A stretch of 64,000 nt of DNA from an uncultured Gammaproteobacteria bacterium (GCA_964540285.1 CAZILW010000001.1:63703-127702), one strand, 5' to 3'. Shown: positions 19,494 to 29,784, counted from the first letter of the stretch. Program-made: numbers and translations. Notes: generated from the sequence alone by a model not told the origin.

Positions 19494-19661
19494 TTAATCT
19501 ATTGATTTAAAAAAATCACAATGACCAGTTAAAGGAACTTCAGCCCTTGCTTCACTACAAAAACCATGATCACCATGGTTTTTAAAACTTGTACATTTTT
19601 GACATTGCAAATCTTCATTGTGATAATCATCAACAAAGTCAGCCTCTATTTCGTGAGCCAT
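19494..19661 (-). CDS. Small four-Cys HiPIP-like protein (start reassigned to MAHEIE)
   Basis: CxxC-x9-C-x12-C spacing with terminal GHCDFF. Confidence 0.6.
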   Translation of the reverse strand: MAHEIEADFVDDYHNEDLQCQKCTSFKNHGDHGFCSEARAEVPLTGHCDFFKSID

Positions 19662-19716
19662 ATTTTTTAGATAATAATAAGTATTTTGTGTTTGTATAAA
19701 AAATTTATACAAAAAA

Positions 19717-19938
19717 CTAATTTTTGGTTACTTTTTTATTTTTGCTAAATCCAAATATGTATATAATTTCCAGTATTGCCAAAGAATTAACCAAAAGCAT
19801 AGCAATAAACCACCATTTGTGGTTATTTCTAGCAGATTTCCAAAGAGCAATCCCTTTCCACGGAATAGTCCAAATAATTAAAATTGAAATAAAAATTATA
19901 AAACCACTGCCTAATTGTTGTAATTCATTCATAAACAT
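19717..19938 (-). CDS. DUF5652-like small membrane protein
   Basis: WKGIALWKSAR, WWF and LEIIYIF motifs. Confidence 0.8.
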   Translation of the reverse strand: MFMNELQQLGSGFIIFISILIIWTIPWKGIALWKSARNNHKWWFIAMLLVNSLAILEIIYIFGFSKNKKVTKN

Positions 19939-19967
19939 TAAAACTAATTATAAGCACTTTGTTAAAA

Positions 19968-20225
19968 TTATTCATCAAAAATATGAATTTCAGCCTTAGT
20001 CTCCTCTATTTTATTTAAAAGATTCAATAATTCTAATATTTTCAGCTCTTCTCCTTTTAGAGCTAACAAAATCATACCTGGGCAGTGTTCTGTACAACTT
20101 TTTTGAACATTAACCCCCATCCTTGAAATAATCAAATGTCCATTTTCAGTTAATAAACTATTGATTTCACTGGAGTTTTGTTGTCTATTAGTAGTTAAAA
20201 TTGTAATACTGGCTAATTTTTCCAT
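19968..20225 (-). CDS. TM1266-family putative iron-only hydrogenase system regulator
   Basis: INSLLTE and IISRMGV motifs; lies directly after the hydrogenase gene. Confidence 0.75.
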   Translation of the reverse strand: MEKLASITILTTNRQQNSSEINSLLTENGHLIISRMGVNVQKSCTEHCPGMILLALKGEELKILELLNLLNKIEETKAEIHIFDE

Positions 20226-20239
20226 AAAATTAAAATTAA

Positions 20240-21973
20240 TTATTTATTTTTTCTATTTATATATTTGGTGTGTAATACTTTATGTGATAACTTACTGTTT
20301 TTTACCCAATTGACCGCCTCTAATGCATCTCGATTTTCATGAGCAGTTCTTATCTTCTCTTTTTTATCACTACTATACAATCCCTCCATTCTCTTTTGAA
20401 CTATTTCCATTGAGCTCGGTATAATTTGTCCTCCTCCACCAATACAACCTCCAGGACAAGCCATAACCTCTATATAATGATATTTTTTTAACTTTGATAA
20501 AACTTCTTTTATATTACCAATTCCGCTAACAACCGCCACATTAAGCTTGTTTCCGTTTAAATCAATAACCGCCTCTTTAACTCCTTTCAGCCCTCTAACC
20601 TCTTTAAATTCAATTCTAGAGTGGCAAATTTTGGCTTTTTTTGAGTCTTTACAGACAAAATGATTAGCAGTTCTAAGAGCTGACTCCATAACACCACCTG
20701 AAGCTCCATAAATCACCGCCGCACCACTACCATCATTAAATAAATCATTAGATTTTTCTGGTTTTAGATTTTTAAAATCAATACCATTTTTCTTAATTAA
20801 AAAAGCCAACTCTCTAACAGTAATAACTTCATCTACCGGATAAAGACCATTAATTTTAAGCTCTGATCTTCGAGATTCAAACTTCTTGGCTGTACAAGGC
20901 ATTATAGAAACAGTAATTATATCTTTGGGTTTAATATTTTTTTTATTCGCCCAATAAGTTTTTATAACTCCACCCAGATGAATTTGAGGCGATCTTGATG
21001 TTGTTAAGTGAGGTATTAAGTCTGGTCGATAAAATTCTAAATATTTTACCCAAGCTGGGCAACAAGAAGTTATCATTGGAAGCTTGGCCTTTTTGTCCCC
21101 TAATCTTTCCAATAACTCCTCGGCCTCGACCAGAGTTGTTATATCTGCCCCCAAGTTAACATCAATAACTTGATCAAAACCAATTTTTTTCAAAGCCGTA
21201 ACCATTTGACCAGCGGCATTATAACCATAAGGAAGGCCAAACATTTCTCCAATTGAAATTCGAGTAGATGGAGCAATCATTGCTATTAACTTTTTACCTT
21301 TCTTATTAGACAAAATATCTTCAACCTTGTCCCAATTATATTGCTCTTGAGCTGAGGCTACTGGACAATGCAAAGCACACTGCCCACAATAAATACAATC
21401 AATATTTTTATCTTTAACTGGAACTATTTCTTGCTTATAACCCTTACCCTCCTTTTTTAAATAATTTATTTTTTGAATATTAGAGCAAGCATCAATACAA
21501 TTTCGGCAGTCTATACATTGACTACCGTCAATTTCCACAGAATTAGAAAACTTGTAAGTTTTTCTCTGTCCTTTACGATCATTAAAGCTGGCAATATTTA
21601 AACCATAACGCCTAGCCAAAGAAAGCAAATCACAACTAAATCTAGAAGTGCAATTAACGCATTTTTCAATATGAGCTGAAAATATTAATTTTAAATTAGT
21701 GTCTCTCGATAATTTAACCTTAGGAGAGTTGGTAAAAACCTCCATACCATCGCAAGCCACAGTCGAACAAGAGGTCATTAAACGATTAAAACCCTTAACT
21801 TCAACTACGCAAACTCGACAATTGGCTTTAACATCTAGATCGGGATGATTACAAAGCGATGGAATAAAAATATTATTTCTACTGGCAACTTCTAATATTT
21901 TTTCGCCAACAAAACAGTCATAATTTTTACCATCAATTTTTATTTTTATTTTTTTATTTTTTTCTTTTAACAT
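20240..21973 (-). CDS. hydA: [FeFe]-hydrogenase catalytic subunit (group A, with N-terminal Fe-S domains)
   Basis: H-cluster motifs TSCCPAW, MPCTAKKFE and EVMACPGGCIGGGGQ; N-terminal 2Fe-2S, HxxxCxxC and two CxxCxxCxxxC sites. Confidence 0.93.
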   Translation of the reverse strand: MLKEKNKKIKIKIDGKNYDCFVGEKILEVASRNNIFIPSLCNHPDLDVKANCRVCVVEVKGFNRLMTSCSTVACDGMEVFTNSPKVKLSRDTNLKLIFSAHIEKCVNCTSRFSCDLLSLARRYGLNIASFNDRKGQRKTYKFSNSVEIDGSQCIDCRNCIDACSNIQKINYLKKEGKGYKQEIVPVKDKNIDCIYCGQCALHCPVASAQEQYNWDKVEDILSNKKGKKLIAMIAPSTRISIGEMFGLPYGYNAAGQMVTALKKIGFDQVIDVNLGADITTLVEAEELLERLGDKKAKLPMITSCCPAWVKYLEFYRPDLIPHLTTSRSPQIHLGGVIKTYWANKKNIKPKDIITVSIMPCTAKKFESRRSELKINGLYPVDEVITVRELAFLIKKNGIDFKNLKPEKSNDLFNDGSGAAVIYGASGGVMESALRTANHFVCKDSKKAKICHSRIEFKEVRGLKGVKEAVIDLNGNKLNVAVVSGIGNIKEVLSKLKKYHYIEVMACPGGCIGGGGQIIPSSMEIVQKRMEGLYSSDKKEKIRTAHENRDALEAVNWVKNSKLSHKVLHTKYINRKNK

Positions 21974-23012
21974 CTTTTTTTAAAACCTTTGAACTTTTTT
22001 GGGAAATAATTAAAGGTTCGTAAATATTTTTAAAATAACTTAAAACAGCTATCGGAACAGAAGTTCCCAATGCACAAAAAGAAGATAAAAATAAATTGTC
22101 GCATAAATCATTAAATCTTTTTTCTTTTCTTATTTCTGATCCAAGCTCTTTAAACATTTCATAAAGACGAAAAGTTCCCTCTCGACAAGGAGTACACTGA
22201 CCGCAAGAATTATCTCTGAAAAAACCAAGCCAATAATTTAATAATTTTTCTGGAAAATGTTTTTCCATTTTATAAATAGTAATTGAACCAGCGCCATCAA
22301 CTCTTCTCTTTAATTGTCTACTATTTAAGACTTCGCCAGAAGCGTCACCGCCAATTTGAACAAAAAAATCGTATTCAGGATAATTAGCTGTTTGTTTTAA
22401 AATCTCATCAATATTTAAACTGTCTGGCAAAAAATAAACCCCTTTATTTTTTTTATCAAAATTAATAGAATAAAATCTTTTATTTTGATATTTATTTTGA
22501 CTAACCAAATAAACATTATAAATAGTTTCGACATTATTTATTAAAGTTGGCTTACCGTAAAGACCGCTGCAAGTTGGAAAAGGTGGTCTAATACGAGGCT
22601 CAACATCCTTACACTCTATAATATTTAAAATTGTTGTTTCCTCTCCGGCAATATAACCAGAATTTATTGGTTTAAGGAAAAAAACCATTTTACCCTTCAA
22701 TCCAGCAGAATTGGCTAATTTGTTTAATTTATTTTTTGAATTATAAAGATTCTTGTTTAAATAAAAATAAATTTTTTTAGCTTTAATAAAATCAGATGCG
22801 ATTTTTATTCCTTTTATTAATTCTTCTGGATGATTATTTATTATATAAGCGTCTTTATGTATTCCTGGCTCCCCCTCTGCCCCATTTATTACTAAATATT
22901 TTTCTAAACTATTTTCATTTTTAACCGCCTGCCATTTTAAATGAACGGGAAAAGAAGCGCCACCACGACCAAGTAATCCAGCTTTTTTAATTTTATCTAA
23001 AATATTAGTCAT
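21954..23012 (-). CDS. NuoF/HydB-like NADH-binding flavoprotein subunit (short form)
   Basis: GLLGRGGASFP, NGAEGEPG, YIAGEET, NNVET and SCGQCTPCREG motifs. Confidence 0.88.
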   Translation of the reverse strand: MTNILDKIKKAGLLGRGGASFPVHLKWQAVKNENSLEKYLVINGAEGEPGIHKDAYIINNHPEELIKGIKIASDFIKAKKIYFYLNKNLYNSKNKLNKLANSAGLKGKMVFFLKPINSGYIAGEETTILNIIECKDVEPRIRPPFPTCSGLYGKPTLINNVETIYNVYLVSQNKYQNKRFYSINFDKKNKGVYFLPDSLNIDEILKQTANYPEYDFFVQIGGDASGEVLNSRQLKRRVDGAGSITIYKMEKHFPEKLLNYWLGFFRDNSCGQCTPCREGTFRLYEMFKELGSEIRKEKRFNDLCDNLFLSSFCALGTSVPIAVLSYFKNIYEPLIISQKSSKVLKKDVKRKK

Positions 23013-23013
23013 A

Positions 23014-24027
23014 TTACCACTTTAGATATTTTATTAAATCTACTAAACGACAAGAATATCCCCATTCATTATCATACCAAGCAATAACTTTTAACAAATC
23101 ACCATCCATAACTTTAGTCAAAGAAAGGTCAACAATAGTACTGTGGTCATTTTTGACTATATCGCTTGAAACCAGTGGTTCAGTTGAAGCTTCAATAATA
23201 TTTTTAAATCTAGCTGTTTGTGAAGCTTTAACAAAAGCCTTGTTAACATCTTCGGCAGTAACCTTTTTCTTTAAAACAAAAACGGTGTCGCACAAAGAAC
23301 CAACCACTACCGGAACTCTAACTGCTAAACCATCAAAAGTTCCAGCCAAAGAAGGGATTGTTAGAGCAATAGCTTTGGCTGCCCCAGTTGTTGTTGGTAC
23401 AATATTTAAAGCAGCGCTACGGGCTCTTCTTAGATCTTTATGCGGACCATCAACTAAATTTTGATCAGCTGTATAAGCATGAATAGTTGTCATTAAGGCC
23501 TTTTTGATACCAAAATTTTTTCTAATAACTTCAGTTACTGGAGCTAAGCAGTTGGTTGTACAAGAAGCACAAGATAAAATATTATCATTTTTATTAATCT
23601 TTTCCTCGTTAACACCAATAACAATAGTTTTAACCTTATCCTCGCCCTTAGAAGGGGCCGAAAGAACGACTTTTTTAGCGCCAGCTTTGATATGCAAGCC
23701 CAAGCCTTCTTTATTAGTAAATCTTCCAGTGCACTCCAAAACAACATCAACTTTCATTTTAGCCCAAGGCAAAAGAGATGGGTCTTTCTCTGAAAAAACT
23801 GGAATTTTTTTGCCGGCAATGATTATATTTTTTTCGTCAGATGAAACTTTTTTATCATAAACTCCATAGGCTGAATCATATTTTAAAAGATGAGCTAAGG
23901 TTTTAGTATCGGTTAAATCATTTATGGCTACTATTTTATAGTTAGGATTTTTATCAATAATAATTTTACAAACAGCTCGGCCAATGCGACCAAAACCATT
24001 AATAGCAATGTTCAATTTTTTTGGCAT
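23014..24027 (-). CDS. gap: Type I glyceraldehyde-3-phosphate dehydrogenase
   Basis: INGFGRIGR, ASCTTNCL and WYDNEWGYS motifs. Confidence 0.97.
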   Translation of the reverse strand: MPKKLNIAINGFGRIGRAVCKIIIDKNPNYKIVAINDLTDTKTLAHLLKYDSAYGVYDKKVSSDEKNIIIAGKKIPVFSEKDPSLLPWAKMKVDVVLECTGRFTNKEGLGLHIKAGAKKVVLSAPSKGEDKVKTIVIGVNEEKINKNDNILSCASCTTNCLAPVTEVIRKNFGIKKALMTTIHAYTADQNLVDGPHKDLRRARSAALNIVPTTTGAAKAIALTIPSLAGTFDGLAVRVPVVVGSLCDTVFVLKKKVTAEDVNKAFVKASQTARFKNIIEASTEPLVSSDIVKNDHSTIVDLSLTKVMDGDLLKVIAWYDNEWGYSCRLVDLIKYLKW

Positions 24028-24086
24028 AAATTTTATTTTCCACTCTAATACAAGAGGGTTATTTTAATTATAAATATCTATTTTAA

Positions 24087-24578
24087 TTACAATCTATCAT
24101 AAAGATTAGAGGCTATTTTATCAACCTCTATCATAAAAGATTCTTTTTCCTCTAATGTTGATTCAGAATATTTTTTACTATCAACATTCTTAACTAAAGA
24201 TGAAAGCTTTTCAGCTAAATCGTCAACATTAATCGATTTTTCTCTAGCCAACTCAACAACCAAAGATAACTGAGAAACTCTATTATAGGAAAGTTTATTT
24301 TGATTTAAAGCTTCCTCTATTTTTATCATCTCATTATTATCTCTCCCTAAATTTTTCCAAATAATTTCTCGAGCTGAATCAAATTCTTGTCCAAACAATT
24401 TTTTTCCTTGAGAATCTTCTATGTAGAACTCTGGAGAATTAATAATTTTTTCTAATAAACTTTTTAATTCATTATCATTTTTTTCACTTTTTGTCTTTTT
24501 TTCTTTCAAAAAAATATTAAAATTAGCTACACTTAAAAATGGTTTTTCTTTTTTCTTGCTAAAAAAATTTTCAAACAT
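24087..24578 (-). CDS. Hypothetical protein
   Basis: 163-aa ORF in operon-like orientation; no recognisable motif. Confidence 0.6.
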   Translation of the reverse strand: MFENFFSKKKEKPFLSVANFNIFLKEKKTKSEKNDNELKSLLEKIINSPEFYIEDSQGKKLFGQEFDSAREIIWKNLGRDNNEMIKIEEALNQNKLSYNRVSQLSLVVELAREKSINVDDLAEKLSSLVKNVDSKKYSESTLEEKESFMIEVDKIASNLYDRL

Positions 24579-24698
24579 ATTTTTTTATATTAATATCAAA
24601 CAAGTATTGACTTTTTTAAAAAATAATGTAATTATAGCTAGTTATATGTAGAGTATAGCACAAAAAATAACAGCACACAAACAAAAAAACGAGATAAA

Positions 24699-24932
24699 AT
24701 GGGAGAAAAATGGATTTCCGAGAAGGACATACTGGGGTTGGATATATTGTCCTTCACCAGAAAGGTCAAAGAGGTGATAAAAGAAAAACCCGATGACATC
24801 TTCAGCGAGGAAAAGCGACAAATAAGACTTTGCCTCATTAAGCTTTTAACTGAAAATCGCGAAAATATCGTGATCGAGGTAAAAAGAGAAATGGCCAAAA
24901 AAGTTAATCAACTAATGGCTATGGGTAACTAA
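24699..24932 (+). CDS. Small hypothetical protein, paralog A
   Basis: Aligns with the neighbouring 74-aa ORF. Confidence 0.65.
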   Translation: MGEKWISEKDILGLDILSFTRKVKEVIKEKPDDIFSEEKRQIRLCLIKLLTENRENIVIEVKREMAKKVNQLMAMGN

Positions 24933-24984
24933 AAAACCCAAATCAATTTAGTTCTTTTAAAAAATTTTAAATTAAAAAATAATT

Positions 24985-25209
24985 GTGATGATTAGTGAAG
25001 ACGAAATTTTGAATATGAATAACATTGACTTCATGATAAAAGTCAGAGAAATTCTTGACAAAAATCAAAGGCCTGAAAACAGAATAGATATAAATGAAAT
25101 AAAATTATCAATATCCAATCTCTTTCTTGTTAAAGATTTAGAACTAAGAACAAAAATAAGAATGGAAATTGCTAAAGATGTAAACAAACTAATCTCCAAT
25201 ATTTATTAA
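24985..25209 (+). CDS. Small hypothetical protein, paralog B
   Basis: Aligns with the 77-aa ORF; followed by hairpin aaagccca...tgggcttt and a T tract. Confidence 0.65.
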   Translation: MMISEDEILNMNNIDFMIKVREILDKNQRPENRIDINEIKLSISNLFLVKDLELRTKIRMEIAKDVNKLISNIY

Positions 25210-25248
25210 AAAAATAAAAGCCCAAATGAAAGATGGGCTTTTTTATTT

Positions 25249-26076
25249 TTATTCAGATTTTTTCTTTTTATGACGATTAATATCAACTTCAACCACTACA
25301 TCATTTTCACCATCCTTTTCCCCTCTAAACAAAACATTGACTGATTGTTTTAATATGTGATGACCAACCACCTCCCCTCTTCGACCGTCAACATTAACCC
25401 TAGTTCCTATTGGAGGTAAATTTTTAGATAATTCAACATAACCCTCGTACTCATAAGAAAGACAACACATAAGTTTTCCGCACATACCAGAAACACGCTC
25501 ACTGCCACGATGAGAAACTTGTTGCGACTCAGCCATTTCTGAACCTATAGAAAAAAAATCTTTCATAAACCCTCGACAACAAAGAACTCTTCCGCAATGA
25601 CCAAAATCACCACTAATTTTTGCCTCATCCCGACTACCGATTTGAGTTAAGCGAATAACACCTTTAAAGTGAGTACTTAGATCTTTAACTAAACTTCTAA
25701 AATCAACCCTATTTTCTGAGTAAAAAGCAAAATTAATTCTATTTTTATCTAAAGAAAAATGAACATCGACTAATTTCATGGGTAGATCATACTTCTTTAT
25801 TAAATTACGACAATAATTTAAAGCATCCTCTTTTTCTGCTCCTAAGGTTATCTTAGACAAGTCATCTTCGCTAGCAAGTCTTATAACTGGTTTTATTTCA
25901 TCCTCAATTCTGTTTAGCTCATCTTTACTCAACTCTTTAAAATCAAAAACCTCTCCAATCTCCTGACCGAATTCAGTTTCCACAATTACAACATCTCCTT
26001 CTTTTAACTCCAGTTCTCCAGGGTTAAAATTATACTTCTTATCCCAAGAAGCAAATTGTATTTGAACAACTTTCAT
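25249..26076 (-). CDS. PSP1/YaaT (RicT-like) protein
   Basis: RVDFRSLVKDL, QIGSRDEA, CGRVLCC and SGMCGKLMCCL motifs. Confidence 0.9.
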   Translation of the reverse strand: MKVVQIQFASWDKKYNFNPGELELKEGDVVIVETEFGQEIGEVFDFKELSKDELNRIEDEIKPVIRLASEDDLSKITLGAEKEDALNYCRNLIKKYDLPMKLVDVHFSLDKNRINFAFYSENRVDFRSLVKDLSTHFKGVIRLTQIGSRDEAKISGDFGHCGRVLCCRGFMKDFFSIGSEMAESQQVSHRGSERVSGMCGKLMCCLSYEYEGYVELSKNLPPIGTRVNVDGRRGEVVGHHILKQSVNVLFRGEKDGENDVVVEVDINRHKKKKSE

Positions 26077-26148
26077 ATTTTACAATCATATAAATAAAAC
26101 GAACATTAAGTTCGTTTTATTTTATGAGAATTATTTTTTAGATAAAAA

Positions 26149-26943
26149 TTACAGAGATAATCTAACGAACTTAGAAATAGAAGCGCCTTCTAGAATTTCT
26201 GATATTTTTTTCTTATCGTCCTTAATGTACTCTTGATCTAGTAAACAAATTTCTGAATAATATTTTTTTACTTTTCCTTGTAAAATATTTTCAATCATAT
26301 TCTCTGGTTTACCTTCTTTAATCAACTGCTCTCGATAAACATCTTTTTCTTTTTCCAATTCAGCGCTAGGAACCTCTTCACTGTTTAAATAACGAGGATT
26401 AGCAGCAGCAATATGCATGGCAATATCAGAAGCTAAATTAAATTTACCGACTTGATCAATAGCTACCAAAACACCAATTTTACCGCCTAAATGAGAATAA
26501 GAGGCAACTGTTTGCCCGGAAACAATTGAGAATCTGCCTAGAGCTAATTTTTCACCAATAACCCCACTAAGATTATTAATATTCTCCTCTACAGTAGAAT
26601 CACCTAATTTTGCTTTTAACAGCTCTTCCTCTGAACTTGGTTTATTTGTTTTTACGATCTCTAATATTTGCCTAGCTAGTTCTTGAAATTTTTCATTTCT
26701 AGCTACAAAATCAGTTTCAGAGTTTAATTCCAGGGCATAGGCTTCATTTTTTTCATCATTAGTTAAAACAACAATAATGCCTTCAGCAGCGTCTCTTTCA
26801 CTTCTTTTAGCAGCCTTAGCTATTCCCTTTTTTCTTAAAATTTCAATAGCCTTATCCAAATCACCACCGGCTTCATCTAGGGCTTTTTTACAGTCAACCA
26901 TTCCAGCACCAGTTCTCTCTCTCAATTCCTTTATTTGTTCCAT
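26149..26943 (-). CDS. tsf: Elongation factor Ts
   Basis: LRERTGAGMVDCKKAL and NSETDFVA motifs. Confidence 0.97.
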   Translation of the reverse strand: MEQIKELRERTGAGMVDCKKALDEAGGDLDKAIEILRKKGIAKAAKRSERDAAEGIIVVLTNDEKNEAYALELNSETDFVARNEKFQELARQILEIVKTNKPSSEEELLKAKLGDSTVEENINNLSGVIGEKLALGRFSIVSGQTVASYSHLGGKIGVLVAIDQVGKFNLASDIAMHIAAANPRYLNSEEVPSAELEKEKDVYREQLIKEGKPENMIENILQGKVKKYYSEICLLDQEYIKDDKKKISEILEGASISKFVRLSL

Positions 26944-26965
26944 ATAATTAATAATTAATTATAAA

Positions 26966-27658
26966 TTAACTTAATTTAATATTTTTTGCATTTAAAAGAT
27001 TGTCTTTAATACAATCCAAAATCAATGTAACGGTTTTAGTGGCGTCATCATTAGCTGGTATTGGAAACTTAGCCAATTCAGGGTTAACATTTGTATCGCA
27101 AATAGCAATAATTGGAATGTTTTTAGAAATAGCCTCGGCTACAGCAGTCTTTTCTTCTTTTAAATCCCAAATAAAAATAGCATCGGGTAAACGAGTCAAT
27201 CCTGTCAAACCGCCAACTCTTTCTTCTAATCTCTTAATCTCTCTATCAAAATCTAATTGTTCTTTTTTAGTATATTTGGCTAATTTTCCGCTTTCCTTAT
27301 CATTTAATAAATCCTGATATTTTTTTATTGACTTTTTAATAACTAAAAAATTAGTTAAAAGGCCTCCCAACCACTTACCAATAATATAAGGAGATTTAAT
27401 AGCCTCAGCCATTTCTTTCATTTGAGATTTAACTTGCTTCTTGGTTCCAACAAAAAGAACGATCTTATCTTCTTGTTTTAATTTAATCATATACTCTAAG
27501 GCCTTTTTTAGTTGCTCTTGAGTTTTTTCAATGTTAATAATATAGATACCATTTTTTTTAGTAAAAATAAATGGTTCCATCTTTGGATGCCAGCGATTGG
27601 TTCTGTGACCAAAGTGCATACCAGCTTTTAACATTTCTTCCAGTTTTGGAATATTCAT
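26966..27658 (-). CDS. rpsB: 30S ribosomal protein S2
   Basis: AGMHFGH and PIPANDD motifs. Confidence 0.97.
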   Translation of the reverse strand: MNIPKLEEMLKAGMHFGHRTNRWHPKMEPFIFTKKNGIYIINIEKTQEQLKKALEYMIKLKQEDKIVLFVGTKKQVKSQMKEMAEAIKSPYIIGKWLGGLLTNFLVIKKSIKKYQDLLNDKESGKLAKYTKKEQLDFDREIKRLEERVGGLTGLTRLPDAIFIWDLKEEKTAVAEAISKNIPIIAICDTNVNPELAKFPIPANDDATKTVTLILDCIKDNLLNAKNIKLS

Positions 27659-27801
27659 ATTTTTCTTTTTTGGTTTATTAATATTGATAATTCAAATATT
27701 AACAAACTCCTACTGCTTTCTATATTTATAAGAAAAATGCAGAAAGCATGATTTTTTAAATTATAAAAATGCTCAAAACAGGTAGTTTTAAGCCTATTTT
27801 A

Positions 27802-27830
27802 ATTATATATTATTTTATATTTTGAGTCAA
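27802..27830 (-). promoter_or_regulatory. rpsB-tsf promoter ahead of a ~140-nt leader
   Basis: TTGACT-17 bp-TATAAT on the minus strand. Confidence 0.7.
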
Positions 27831-27845
27831 TATTAAAAGAATCTA

Positions 27846-28577
27846 TCAAAAATTTAAATAAGTCAATTTTTTTCTTATAAAACCTTGAAAGTTTTTGTTT
27901 ATTTCCAGGTTTAATAAACAATAAAAATCGCTCTTTTTTATAAAATTTTTCAAAATTAATAAGTCTTTGCTTATTTTTAAGTTATTATCTTTGTTTAAAG
28001 ATTTATTGAAAAGCTCTCTATTAAAACAGCTATTACAAACAACCCCTCCCTTATCAAAATTAATAAAATCTAAATTATCCACACATCCACAATCAACACA
28101 TTCAGATACCTGATAGGAATAACCCAACACTTCAAGCAATTTAAATTTAAAAATATCACTCAAAAAATCAAGTTCTTTTAGATTTTTATTTTTAATAAGT
28201 TTAGCCGAATCATTAATCATCTTTAAAAAATTATTTAAAAAAATAAAAAGATCAAAATCTGCTTGCCCCTCTTTCACATACTGATTAAAAAAATTTAAAA
28301 TCTTACCACTTAAAAAAAGTGAATTATAGTCATTTTTTAAGTTCAAAAAAGAGTCTTGGCTAATAACACTACCAACACTTAAACCATTTTTATTTTTAAT
28401 TATCATTAAATCTACAAAATTAAAAGGTTCAAGATGGGCTACCAACTTAGATCCCTGTTTTCTGGCTCCTCTAGCGCTTAAGACAAGTTTTCCAAAATCT
28501 AAAGTATAAAAAAAAATCAAAGCATCATTATCTTTGTATGGCAGTCTGTTTAATATTATAGCTTTTGTTCTTATCAT
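27846..28577 (-). CDS. recO: DNA repair protein RecO
   Basis: ARGARK, SKL and HLEPF motifs; CxxC...CxxC zinc site. Confidence 0.88.
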   Translation of the reverse strand: MIRTKAIILNRLPYKDNDALIFFYTLDFGKLVLSARGARKQGSKLVAHLEPFNFVDLMIIKNKNGLSVGSVISQDSFLNLKNDYNSLFLSGKILNFFNQYVKEGQADFDLFIFLNNFLKMINDSAKLIKNKNLKELDFLSDIFKFKLLEVLGYSYQVSECVDCGCVDNLDFINFDKGGVVCNSCFNRELFNKSLNKDNNLKISKDLLILKNFIKKSDFYCLLNLEINKNFQGFIRKKLTYLNF

Positions 28578-28954
28578 TTTCTATCTAAATAAGATTGAAG
28601 AATTATCATGGCAGACAAAGAATCTCTGTTATTATTTATTTTTTTATTCATTATAGAGTCCGCTTGAACGCTGGAAAGCCTTTCATCAATTAAAACCACC
28701 CTAATCTCATCTCTATTAATATTATTTTCAATAAAGTTAATAAACCTTAAAAAATTGGGATTATCAGTATCTTTTCCGCTCATTTTTTTTGGATTTCCGA
28801 TAACTAAAAAATTTATTTTTTCATCACTTACGACTTTAAGCAATGCAGATGGACTAGAAACAACCTTAAAAGGAGTGGAAATTCCATTTTCACTATCAGC
28901 TAGGGCCAAGCCTATTCTTTTTTCACCCCAATCAACACCTAAATATTTAATCAT
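28574..28954 (-). CDS. ruvX: RuvX/YqgF nuclease
   Basis: LGVDWGEKRIGLA, DERLSS and SAMIILQSYL motifs. Confidence 0.92.
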   Translation of the reverse strand: MIKYLGVDWGEKRIGLALADSENGISTPFKVVSSPSALLKVVSDEKINFLVIGNPKKMSGKDTDNPNFLRFINFIENNINRDEIRVVLIDERLSSVQADSIMNKKINNNRDSLSAMIILQSYLDRK

Positions 28955-29784
28955 TTTTCAGTTAAAATTATATTGCCATCTTCAATAATGGCAATTGAAT
29001 GCTCGTAATGAGAACTTAAGGATCCATCGGAGGTTATAAAAGTATATGTATTTTTAGCCACCTTAATATTAAATTTACCAGCATTAATCATTGGTTCAAT
29101 AGCTATAACCATCCCAGGTCTTAAAACTAAATTTTCGCTACTTTTTTCTCCTATCTCGTAATTAAAAACATGGGGCTCCTCATGAGCCTTATAACCAACA
29201 CCATGACCAACTAAATCTCTAACAACACTAAAGCCATTTTTAACAACAAAACCCTCTATTGCCTTACCAATATCATTTAAAGTTGCTCCCGGCTTAGCCT
29301 TGCTTATTCCCAAATACAGAGCATCTTTTGATATTTTAATTAATTTAGTAGCATCTTTTGATATCTTACCCACAGGAACTGTTCGACACATATCAGTATA
29401 AAAACCACCACCCTTAGAAAGGTGATTAAATGGTCGATTGTTTTTTTTAGCTTCTTCCTTGCTCTGAATTGGCCATTCCATTCCAATATCTAGCCCAACT
29501 ATATCGCCTGATTTTAAAACTCTATTTGGCAAAGCCGCCCCATGAACAACCTCATTGTTTATAGAGACACAAAGAGTTGATGGAAAAAAAATTTTACCTC
29601 CCATTGGGTAATTTTTAAAGGCTGGACGACCGCCTTTTAACTCAATCAAAGATGTGGCTAGGTTTTCTAAATCCTCTGATTTAACACCAGGTTTAACTAT
29701 TTTACAAACCTCATCTAAAACTTCCGAGAGGATTTCACCCCCCCTTTTTAATATTTTTATCTCTTCTAAAGTCTTAAGTTTCAT
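28951..29784 (-). CDS. map: Methionine aminopeptidase type I
   Basis: SINNEVVHG, GHGVG, AIEPMIN and SHYEHS motifs. Confidence 0.95.
   Translation of the reverse strand: MKLKTLEEIKILKRGGEILSEVLDEVCKIVKPGVKSEDLENLATSLIELKGGRPAFKNYPMGGKIFFPSTLCVSINNEVVHGAALPNRVLKSGDIVGLDIGMEWPIQSKEEAKKNNRPFNHLSKGGGFYTDMCRTVPVGKISKDATKLIKISKDALYLGISKAKPGATLNDIGKAIEGFVVKNGFSVVRDLVGHGVGYKAHEEPHVFNYEIGEKSSENLVLRPGMVIAIEPMINAGKFNIKVAKNTYTFITSDGSLSSHYEHSIAIIEDGNIILTEK

Noticed and set aside
24638-24898. 86-aa minus-strand ORF
   Set aside because: Antisense to 24699-24932, which is supported by paralogy with its neighbour.
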